Shown one piece after another: positions 54,667 to 64,000 of a stretch of DNA of 64,000 nucleotides (position 1 is the first letter of the stretch; every line of letters starts with the position of its first letter). The translations under genes and the position numbers were made by a program. This DNA is from Rebecca billardiae RCC1528 (Eukaryota > Protista > Haptophyta): contig OZ251228.1 of NCBI GenBank assembly GCA_965240325.2, positions 2,232,001 to 2,296,000 on the forward strand, in the 5' to 3' direction. The notes below the pieces were generated by a model. It searched no databases and was not told the DNA's origin. It saw only the letters and a list, made by a program, of their open reading frames with translations.

Positions 54667-57600
54667 ATGGACGAACGTCCACGCGCTCTGCCAAGAATGG
54701 CCACCGACGTGCTCTTGGCACTCGCCAGCATGGTGCCGCTCCTGTGCTCGGGGCTCATGTTGCTACTTTTCGCCGTCGGCCTGACCACTGTCAGAGTCAC
54801 GGGCTCGCGCGTTGTTCGAGGTACGAGCGAAGCTGCGCGCGTCCAGGCGAGTGCAACCGTGTGGCCCGCCGCGGCGCAGGCACTGAATGTGGGCACTGCA
54901 CTTGCAGCCTTGCTCTTCGTCGTCGCGTCGAGCGCGAGCATCGAGCTGATGCACGGGTCGAAAGCTCAGCGCGCGCACCGCGCGGCAAACACCGCCCGCG
55001 CCACCGCCGACATCACTGTCGGTGTGCTCGTCGCCATCGCGCGCATCGACGCGGCCACCGGTGGCACGCCTGGACCCGAGAACGCCCCGATCGACTTTGT
55101 CGCCTCGACAATGGTGCAGTTTGCGGCGTTGGTCTGGCTCAGCTATGCCACCGGCGAGTACACTGGCTGGCCGCTCGTGCAGCTGAGGCTGCCGTGCGCC
55201 TTCTTCGACAGCGCAGCTGCCGCTGCCGGGACGCTGAGAGAGACGAGCGGCGCACCTGGTCCGCGTGAGCGCCTCGAGCTGCTGATCGCCAGCCACCCAG
55301 TGCTCGACGACGTGTGGTACGCCTTCGTGCACGCGGATCTGCTGATTCTGGTCGGGCTGCTCGCGCTCGCCATCGGCTTCCTCGTGCGCGCCGCGCGGAC
55401 GGGCACGCAGCTCGAGCGGTGGGAGGAGACGCTGAGCGTTGCGTGGGGCGTGTGGTGGGCTGGGCTCGCGCTCGGCTGGCTCCTCGTCACGTCGGCCGTT
55501 CGCATGCTCAACCTGGCCGTGCACCTCGTGGCCAGCGGGATGCGAGGGCACTTCTTGCAGATGATGAATGCCGTGCTCGCGGCCGTGGACGTGCTCTGCG
55601 CTGTCGCCGCGGCCGCCGCGAGCGCGCGGCCGGGCGCCGAGCGAATGCTGGTGCTCGGCGGCGCATGGGCGGCGCGCGCACTTGCGCACACGTCCTGCCT
55701 GTACGCGTGGGGCCTCGCCGAGCCCGCGCCGCACGCCAGCGCGGGCCCCAGCCCGGTCAGGGAGGGCAGCAAGGAGAGCGCGTCGAGCTACCACGCGGCC
55801 GCGCGCACCCCGGGCGGGCGGGGCGGCACCATCGAGGCGAAGGGGCGCGCGAACTCGCTCGCCTCGAGCGCAGCTGAGCAGGTGCGCGCGCTCGCCACGT
55901 GGATCGACCCGGCCGCGGGCAGCGCCGCCGAGCACGGCGGCGCGGACGAGGCCGAGCGCCCGCTGCGCATCCTCTCGCTCGACGGCGGCGGCGTGAAGGG
56001 CCAGAATCTGGCGCTGGCGCTCGAGGAGATCGAGGCGAGATCGGGCCTGCCGATCGACGAGATGTTCGACCTGGTCGTGGGGACGAGCGCGGGCGGCGCG
56101 GGTGCGCTCACCCTGCACGCGTTCCCCGGCTTCCAGGGCGTGCACGAGGTGCGCAAGGCCATCTTCGACGAGTTCCTCGACGTGCTGCGCACGCGGAGGC
56201 TCTCCAACCTGCTGTGGCCGGGCGGCACCATCTACAGCTCGGAGGCGCTCGTGCGCAAGTTCGAGGACAAGTGGGCGGGCACGGCCCCCGTGCCGAGCTC
56301 CTCGCGCGCCGCCGCGCCCGGCGCCAAGCCACGCCGGCTCAGGGTCGCGGCGCTCGCCGCGAAGATGGTCCCCGACGGCGCGCCCGAGCCGTTCCTGATC
56401 CGCAGCTACGAGCTGGAGGAGGGCAGGAGAGGGGGGGGGCAGCCGCTCGCGGGCACGCACAGCTGGAGCTACGTCGAGGGCGCGCGCGCGACGTGCTGCG
56501 TGCCCTACTTGTTCGCGCCCTTCGTCAAGGACGGCCACACGTAGCTCGACGGCAGCTTCGTCGCGTGCAACCCCACGATGGTCGCGCTGAACGAGGCGCG
56601 CGCGCTCTTCCAGGGTGCGCGTGCACGCGCGGCCGCAGCCGCGCCCGGCTCGGAGCGCGCGCGGCTCTCGGGCGCACGCGACGCGCGCCCACCATCGCCG
56701 CCCGCCTCGCCGCGCGCGCCGCGCTCGCAGGCCGACGCATCGGCGTGATCGCCTCCATCGGCTGCGGCAAGGCCTCGCCCGCGGGCGCGGCCGAGGGCGC
56801 GGCCGAGGGCTCGGCGATGGCGTACATGATGCACCTGCTCGCGCGCGCCGTCTCCGCGGAGGAGACGCACCGCGACCTGCTGCGCATGCTGCACGCGACC
56901 GAGTCGTCGGACGCGGCGCCGGAGCTCGCCGGGGTGAGCTACTACCGCATCAACCCGCCGACCGGGGACTACGCCCTCGACGAGCGAGACCCGGCGCGGC
57001 TGCAGGCGATGAACGACGCGTGCGCGCACTACCTGGGCGAGCACGCGGAGGCGATCGAGAGCCTGGTCGCCAAGCTGGGCGGGAAGGCGGCGGTGCGGCC
57101 CGTGGGGGGGGTGCCGGGCGCGTGTCCGCCGCCCGCGCCCTCGCTCGAGCTCGAGCGCCGGCGCGCGGCGGCGGCGATGCTCGGAGCGGCCCTTCCGTCG
57201 CGCCGGCTCTCGCAACGGCTGTCGCAACGGCTGTCGCACCGGCTGTCGCTGTCGCATCAGCGCTCGAGCGAGGAGCACGCGCGGCGCGCGGCGTGCGCGT
57301 GCGTGCCGTGGCTGCGCGCGGGCGCCTCCGCCTCGGTCGAGTCCCGCCGCGCGCGGATGCGCCGGCGCCACGCCTCAGTCGCGGACGCGTGCGCGCCGGC
57401 CGCGCACGCGAGGCGCCTGCTTGCGTCGGCGTTCAGCCGCGCGCGCCCAGCCGCGCTCGTGCTCGCTCTCGGCGCGAGCGCAGCCACGCGCCTCGGCGAG
57501 CTGGGCGCGGTGCACGCCCTCGGCGCGCCCTCGCTACTCGACGCGAGCCCCGCGGCGCACGCGGCGCTCTACTGCGCACAGCTGGGCTGCGCAGGCGGCT

Positions 57601-59747
57601 GCCTCTGGGCGTCGGCGGCGGCGTCCATGTGGCTCATCTCGACGGCGTCGGGCAGCCCGGCCGAGCGCAGGCTCGAGCTCCACTTCGGCGCGACCCCGCG
57701 CGCCGAGCTGTGCGTGCTGTGCGCCGGGCTGCTCAACATCGCCACGGCGCGGCTGCAGCTGCTCCGGCTGACGGGCCCCGCGCCCGGCTCGGCGGGCGCG
57801 GGCTGGCGCGCTGGCCATCGCGCCGCGCGCGCGCTCAGCACGGAGGTGTGGCTGTTGGACTGGGCGGTCGCCCTGGGCACGTACTGCTTTGCATGGCACG
57901 AGCTCGCGCCGCACGCGCTCCACTACGGCGGCACGGTGCTCGTAACCGTGCCGACGCGCTGCGCCGCCGGCACCCAGTGCCGCCGTCCGCGCGCGCCGCC
58001 GCGCGACCTGGAGCTCGGCGCCGCGGCGCGGCCCACGATGCGGCTTGGGCGCGGCGCGGCGCTCGCAGCCGCACTCGCCGAGCTGCTCGCTGGGCCGCTG
58101 GCGCAGCTGCAGCTGCTGTACTGGGCGTACGCGCTGCTCGCGCTGCCCGCGCAGGTCCTGGGCGCACGCCTCGCGCGCTGCGCCGGCCGCTCGTGCCTCG
58201 GCGCGCCCGTGGGCACCGCCCTCGCCGCCATCGACGTCGGACTGGTGGGCGCGCGCGCGTGCGGCTTCGGGCTGCTGGCGGCGCTGAGCGGCACGGCGAG
58301 CGTGAGCGCGCTCGGCGTCGCGGAGGCGCTCGCGGACGCGCTCGTGGCGGGCAGCGCATCCGTGCTGATCGCCTGCCAGCTCGGCGCGCGCCCAGCCGCC
58401 GCGGAGCAGGACGGCGACGTGGCCTTTGCCTCGCGGCTCGGCGCGCTGCTGCTGCGCGCGGGCGTGGCCACGGCGGCTGAGGTGGGCACGCGCCGCATGG
58501 CGATGCTCGCGGTGCGGGAGCCCGAGCTGCAGAAGCACTTCAGCGGCGACTACGTGCGGCGCGTCCGCCCCGGCGCCACCCGGCCCGGCCTCGACCTCAC
58601 CTCGCACCCCAACAAGCCGCAGCTCGGCGCGGCACGGCGGCGGTGCGCGCGCGTGCTCGCCCTCGAGGGACTGGGCGCGCACGCGCTCAGCGCCATCGTG
58701 GCGCTCGAGCTGCTGGAGGAGCGCACGCGCACGCCGGTGGGGCGGCTGTTCGAGCTGGTGGTGGGCTCGGGCGTTGGCGCGCTCGTGGCGCTGGTGATCA
58801 GCGCCACGCCCGTCGAGCCCGACCCCCTCGCCCCCGGCGCGCACTCCCTCGCGCTCACGCGCGCGCGCAGCTCCGTCGAGCGGCTCGTCGAGCGGCTGCT
58901 GCCCGACCTGGGCGCCTCGCGCACGCGGCTGCTGCGCACGGGGTACAGGGGCTCGCTCGAGGCCGTGGCTGGGTTCGCGCGGCAGGTTGTGGCCGACGCG
59001 GGGCTCTCGGCGCTCGGGCGCCGCGCGCCGGGCGCGCCGCACGCCGCGTGCGTGCTCACGCGCGTGGGCGGCGCGGGCGTCTCCGCCGACGCCTTTTTGC
59101 AGCTCGCCGTGCGCCGCACGTACGCGCTCGAGCCCGAGCGTGCAGCGCGGCTCCCGCCCGAGGTTGAGGCTGGCGTGGGGGCGGAGTTGGTGCTGGGGGC
59201 GTGCGTCGCCATCCCGGGCGACTTCCCGCCCGAGCCGAGCGCGAGCGGCGCCGTGTACATGACGGGCGCGATGGCGGCGCCGTGCCCGGCGCTCGTCGCG
59301 CTCACCGAGGCCGCGGCGCTCTGGCCCGAGCGGCGCGCCGCGCTCGTCGTCTCCGTTGGCGCGGGCACCGGCACGCAGGTCGGCAGCTCGAGCCAGTCCA
59401 TCAAGGTGCTCGCGGGCACGCTGCTCAGCCTCGCGCTCTCGGGCGAGCGCGAGTACCGCAAGGTGGAGCGGCTGCTGCCCTCGGTGGTGCCGGGCGCGAG
59501 GCTGTGGAGGCTGGACGCGCCCGTCACGGTCTCGCCCGCCGAGACGTCTCGCGAGCGGCTCGGCGCGATGGAAGAGAGCACCCGCGCTGCGCTGCTTGCG
59601 CAGCTCACAGCGAGCTCCGGGGGCCCTGCGCCAGACGACGAGCAGATGGAGCCGGAGGTGAGCGGCCTCGGTGTGAGCGGGGATGCGCTGCTGCTGGACG
59701 ACATTGCCGCCTCGCTCGTCCGGCGGCGCAGCCCAAGCATCAGCTGA
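54667..59747 (+). pseudogene. Membrane protein with two patatin-like domains; in-frame TAG at 56542-56544; intron 56615-56730
   Basis: LRILSLDGGGVKG, FDLVVGTSAGG and APFVKDGHT*LDGSFVACNPT. The intron restores LFQG/RRIGVIASIGCG. The second domain is degenerate (LALEGLG, VVGSGVGA, VVSVGAG). Confidence 0.8.
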
Positions 59748-60316
59748 CCGTCGCCGGCGTCGCGCGCGCGCGAGTCGGCGAGAGCTATAATCATCATCGT
59801 CGATCTCATCATCGTCACTAGTTACCCTGCCAGTGCGAGCTGCGAGGCCCTCGTCAGCATTCATACTCGCTTCGTAGTCATGCGCATCGATCTGAGAGAA
59901 AGAGAGAGAGTAGCAGCAGACGAAAGAGCAGTCGAGACGTGAGCGCGCAGAGAGATATCGGCGCTGCGCTATCGAGACGAGTCACGACAAGAGAGAGCCG
60001 CGCGCCAAGTCTCGATATATCAGCAAGTCATCAGGCCGGCGCCCTCTGACTCCTCTAGCTACGGTAGCTAGTCCTCTGCGCTGAGAGAGATATATATGTG
60101 CACCGCAGCAGATAGCGCGTGGCGGCTGCACGCTGCAGACCGTTACATCGGTATAGCTATATTGTCATCATCATCAATCACGCAGCTGCTGCTGATGCGA
60201 CGCGACCGAAGAGCAGCTCGTCACCCGCTGGCGGGATCGGTGACGCCAGCGATGCTACAGTTGCTGTAGTGGCCTGTGGGCGGACCCGCGGTGATCCCGC
60301 TGGCCGCGAGGTGTGG

Positions 60317-63300
60317 TCATGGCTCACGCTGCTCATGCTGCTGGGGCGCCGTCTGCCGTGCCAGCGTCGGTGCATTCTTGCTGCTGTGATGGTGGTGGTG
60401 GTGGCGAGGCCGACGAAAGGGGACGTCCGCCGCGCGCGGCGCGCGGCTGTCTCGAGGGGCGCCGTGCTGCGCGGCGCTACCACTCGCAGCGCCGGTGGTC
60501 GGCGGCTCGGCCGTTTGCTGGACCGGCGCGCGCGCCGCGAGGGCGATGGTGGATGCAGAGTAGAACGCGCACGACGCAGTGATGCCGCCGCCGGCGCGCG
60601 CCCTCGCATCCGCGCGTGCGGCGGCGCGGCCGCGCTGCTGCCGCGGCTGCGCGGCCGCTGCGTACGTCTGATTCAGCGCGCGCGCCTCGGGCTTGGCCGC
60701 GCCCACGTGCTCGCGGAGCTGGTCGCTGTCGCCGCGCTCCGCGGCGGCGGCCGCCGCTTTGGCGATGCGCCTCGCGCGCACGTGCAGCCAGAGGCAGTCG
60801 AGCGAGAACTCGGGCGGCGGCGCGGCGGCGCGGTAGGCGGCGCGCAGCCCGCCGCGCGCCCAGCGCTCCTGCACGCGGCGCAGCGCGCCCGCGTGCACCC
60901 GGCCGATCGCGGCCGCCGAGAAGAGCGCGCGCATCTGCGGCGCCGCCTGCAGCGCGAGCGCGACGACGCGCGCGCGCTGGTCGCGCATCGTGCGCATCGC
61001 GCGCACCGCGTCGTCGAGGCTCGGCTCGCACCACATGTCGTCGGGCGAGTAGGGCGCCGCGCCCGCGCCCACCCTGGCGCGCGGGCAGCGCACGCCGAGC
61101 CCGTCGCGCAGCGCCGCCGGCAGCCTCCCCATGAAGTCGAGGCTGCCCGAGTACGCGGACGCAATCACGGGCGTGCCGTCGAGCACCGCCTCGAGCAGGT
61201 TGAGCCCGTACCCCTCCGAGCGGTGTAACGACACGTAACAGTCCGCGCCCAGCTTGAGCGCGCGCAGCCGCTCTGGCGGGTAGTGGCCGGAAAGCACGTG
61301 GATCGAGGGCCAGCCGTCGATCTGTGCTGTGAGCTCCGCCTCGAAGCGCGCGTCGCAGTTGTGCTGCTTGAGCAGCAGCCGCACGGAGCCGTCCGAGCGC
61401 TCGAACGCGCGCTGGAACGCGCGCACCGCGCCCTCCGCGTTCTTCCGCCTCGGCACGGAGCGGCAGTCGAGGGCGTGGAGGAAGACGCACAGCTCCGGCG
61501 GCAGCTCGAGCGCGCGCCGGCTCTCCGCGCGCAGCGCCGCCACCTCCTCGAGCGGGCGCAGGTCGGGCACGCCCACGTCGGCGGCGAACACCGGGACGTG
61601 CCGCGCGAGCGCGTCCGCGCGCAGCCGCGCGCGCACCGCGCCCGCCGTGTAGTTCGAGATGGCCCAGATCTCGTCAAAGCCGAGCGCGGCGAGGTGCGCG
61701 GCGGGCGGCGCGCGCTCCGTCTCCCACGCCCAGTAGCCGATGTTGTACTGCGACGCCCACGCCGACCACGGGTACGCCGGCAGCCCGTGCGCGCGCGCCT
61801 GCCCCAGGCTCTTGGCCTCGTCCTGCGCGTTGAGCGCGACGAGGTTGAAGCGGAACGGCGCGGCGCGGCCGGCGGCGCGGAACGGCGCGTACGCGTGCAC
61901 CGCGGAGCGCGGCCACGCGACGGCCGCGGTGGGCACGCCGGCCTCGCGCAGCCCGGCGTACAGGTACTCCGCCATCTTGCCCACGCCGAACATGCCGCCA
62001 AAGTGGCCGATCACGTTCACGCCGAACGGGCGCGCGCCTCGCCGCCGCGCCGCCTCGGCGGCGGGCGGCGGCGCGCGCGCGCTCAGCGCGCGCCACCACA
62101 CCCGATGCGGCAGCTGCGCGCTCGCGTTGGGCGCGTGCTCGGCGATGCGTGGGCACCGGCGCTCGAGCTCGGCGAGCAGGGAGCCTGCCGGTGGTGACCA
62201 GTCGGGCGGCGGTGACTCGAGCTCGGCCGCGCGCGCGCCGTCGTCCGCACCGCCGCGCGCCCACCAGCGCAGCGCCGGCGTGGGCTCTGGCAGCAGCGGC
62301 CCCCGCCTGCCGCTCCTGCCGCGGCCGCCGCGGCCGCGCGCCCGGCCGTCGAAGAGCGCGGCGCAAAAGGCCGGGGCGTGCTCGAGCAGCGGGTGGCCCT
62401 CTGGGCGCGCGCTCTGCGCGGCGGAGGGCGCGCGCTCGTGCGCGAACGGATCGCCCGGCTCCGCCGCGCGCCAGCGCGCCAGCGCGGCGCACTGCTGCGC
62501 GACGAGCTCGCGCACGCGGCCGTTGCCGAGCGCGGCGCCGTCGCCGTACGCCCCGAGCACCACGCCGAACGAGAGGCCCCAGCTTGTCACGGCGGGCGGC
62601 GCGCCGCACTCGGCGGCGCGCACGCCGAGCGCGCCGAGCAGCCGCTCGACAAAGTTGGGCACGTGCGCCTCGGCCACGCCCGCGAGTACGACCGAGGACG
62701 CGCTGGTCTCGCCCAGCCACGCCCACAGCGAGCCCTCCGCGCGGTCGTCAAAGAGCCGCGCCGCGCCGATCTCGCGCAGCGAGGTTGCGTGCTCGGGCTC
62801 TGGCAGGTACGGCGCGCTCGGCTGCGTGCGCCCCTCGGCGTGCGTCTGGAAGAGGAGCGCGCGCACCCACGGCGGCACGCGCACGCCGTTGTCAAAGTGG
62901 TTGAAGCCGTACGCCACGCGCCGGCAGCGCGCGTGCCGCTCCGTGCCGGTGAGCGCCACGTACAGCCTGAGCAGCGGCCGAAGGTTGGTGAGCTCTGCCG
63001 CGCTGAAGCGCGTCTGGTGTGGCGAGATGTGCTCGGGGTCGAAGCGCTCGGTGGCCATGCCGGAGAAGTGGAAGAAGACGAGCGGCGCGCCGGCGTACAG
63101 CACCTCGACGGCGCGCGCGTCGCTGCCGTTGCCGCGCACCTCGACGTGCCGCCCCGTGTAGTGCAGGTTCCAGTACGCGACGTTGTACCGCGGGTCCTGG
63201 AGCACGTGCACCGCCGCACTCGGGAAGAGCGCTGGGATGAGCGAGCTCCACCCCTGCTCGCTGTGCAGCCCGCGCGAGAGGTCGACCTCGCCCTGGTAGC

Positions 63301-64000
63301 GCAGCCGCGCGGCCCACCACGCGACCAGGTCGGCAGCCACCCCGGGCTGCGCGCGCGAGAGGCCGACAAAGCCGACGTTGAAGACGCCCGCGCGCAGCAG
63401 CTGCAGGTCAGAGGGCCACAGGCCGTCGGACGGCGTGGGCACGAGGACGTGCGGCGTCAGCACCACGCTGCGCGCGCGCAGCCGCAGCGCGACCTCGTCG
63501 AGGCCGGCGAAGACGAGGATGTCCGGGTCGAAGTAGAGCACGGCCGACGCGTTCGTCTGCAGCAGCCGCGCAAAGCCGGCTGGCTTGAGCGCCGCGCTGA
63601 ACTCCTTGAGCTCGTAGCGCATCGCGAGCTCGAGTGGGTCGTACGCCATCGCCAGGCCCGCGTCGGCGACGCTCATCATCTCGACGCGCCGCGGGCGGTA
63701 GAGCGCGGCGAGGTCGTCAAACTCGGCGCGAATCGTCGAGACCTCCGGGTCGGACGTCTCCCACCGGTCCGCGACGAGCCACACCGCGCGCTCCAGCGCC
63801 GGGTTGGTGGACAGCACCGACGTCAGCAGCACGCGCACCAGCGCCCAGTTGTTCCACGCGGACACGGTCAACGTGACAACGCCCGCCCACAGCGCAGGCT
63901 GGTGACGAGCGCGCACGGCGTCGAGCGCGGCGCGCACCAGCGTCTCGTTGCGCACTCCGTCGCAGCTCGACGGCCCGCCGTGCACGAGCGCGAGGCAGAG
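60317..64000 (-). CDS. Two-domain glycosyltransferase (GT-A/GT8-like + GT-B/GT4-like), 5' end probably outside the window
   Basis: N-domain: AMRYELKEFSAALKP, LYFDPDI, LTPH, GVFNVGF, YNVAYWNLH, FFHFSG. C-domain: GVNVIG, YNIGYWAWET, FDEIW, RKNAEG, DCYVSLHRSEGYGLNLLEA, PVIASAYSG. Confidence 0.88.
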   Translation of the reverse strand, partial: LCLALVHGGPSSCDGVRNETLVRAALDAVRARHQPALWAGVVTLTVSAWNNWALVRVLLTSVLSTNPALERAVWLVADRWETSDPEVSTIRAEFDDLAALYRPRRVEMMSVADAGLAMAYDPLELAMRYELKEFSAALKPAGFARLLQTNASAVLYFDPDILVFAGLDEVALRLRARSVVLTPHVLVPTPSDGLWPSDLQLLRAGVFNVGFVGLSRAQPGVAADLVAWWAARLRYQGEVDLSRGLHSEQGWSSLIPALFPSAAVHVLQDPRYNVAYWNLHYTGRHVEVRGNGSDARAVEVLYAGAPLVFFHFSGMATERFDPEHISPHQTRFSAAELTNLRPLLRLYVALTGTERHARCRRVAYGFNHFDNGVRVPPWVRALLFQTHAEGRTQPSAPYLPEPEHATSLREIGAARLFDDRAEGSLWAWLGETSASSVVLAGVAEAHVPNFVERLLGALGVRAAECGAPPAVTSWGLSFGVVLGAYGDGAALGNGRVRELVAQQCAALARWRAAEPGDPFAHERAPSAAQSARPEGHPLLEHAPAFCAALFDGRARGRGGRGRSGRRGPLLPEPTPALRWWARGGADDGARAAELESPPPDWSPPAGSLLAELERRCPRIAEHAPNASAQLPHRVWWRALSARAPPPAAEAARRRGARPFGVNVIGHFGGMFGVGKMAEYLYAGLREAGVPTAAVAWPRSAVHAYAPFRAAGRAAPFRFNLVALNAQDEAKSLGQARAHGLPAYPWSAWASQYNIGYWAWETERAPPAAHLAALGFDEIWAISNYTAGAVRARLRADALARHVPVFAADVGVPDLRPLEEVAALRAESRRALELPPELCVFLHALDCRSVPRRKNAEGAVRAFQRAFERSDGSVRLLLKQHNCDARFEAELTAQIDGWPSIHVLSGHYPPERLRALKLGADCYVSLHRSEGYGLNLLEAVLDGTPVIASAYSGSLDFMGRLPAALRDGLGVRCPRARVGAGAAPYSPDDMWCEPSLDDAVRAMRTMRDQRARVVALALQAAPQMRALFSAAAIGRVHAGALRRVQERWARGGLRAAYRAAAPPPEFSLDCLWLHVRARRIAKAAAAAAERGDSDQLREHVGAAKPEARALNQTYAAAAQPRQQRGRAAARADARARAGGGITASCAFYSASTIALAARAPVQQTAEPPTTGAASGSAAQHGAPRDSRAPRAADVPFRRPRHHHHHHSSKNAPTLARQTAPQQHEQREP

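Noticed and set aside
56542-56544. Genome-wide TAG reassignment or pyrrolysine
   Set aside because: Only one case. No other gene here needs TAG readthrough, and TAG ends both GT-like ORFs.

Overview
Very GC-rich, gene-dense eukaryotic DNA with few, short GT-AG introns. The style fits a microalga such as a Pavlovales haptophyte, but that is inference only. The flanks carry ordinary-looking genes: a membrane protein, an FHA-formin, an F-box-like protein, kdsA head-to-head with a CAS1/RWA O-acetyltransferase, a coiled-coil protein, an F-box/RCC1 gene, an FAD monooxygenase, NBAS/Sec39, a Ser-Pro-rich membrane protein, an SRPBCC protein, a double-patatin membrane gene with one in-frame TAG, and a bacterial-type two-domain glycosyltransferase. 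The centre (about 19.3-39.1 kb) is a rearranged accessory region. It holds two local duplications, tandem non-autonomous Helitron2-like elements, two 1116-bp foldback DNA transposons with 7-bp TSDs, a young TRIM-like LTR element, a truncated UvrD/FBH1-like helicase and an orphan gene. The most interesting item is a pair of paralogous EsV-1-7 Cys/His repeat genes (12 and 10 units of 114 bp). Their units are nearly identical except at a few hypervariable codons, reminiscent of TALE/PRDM9 modular recognition arrays.
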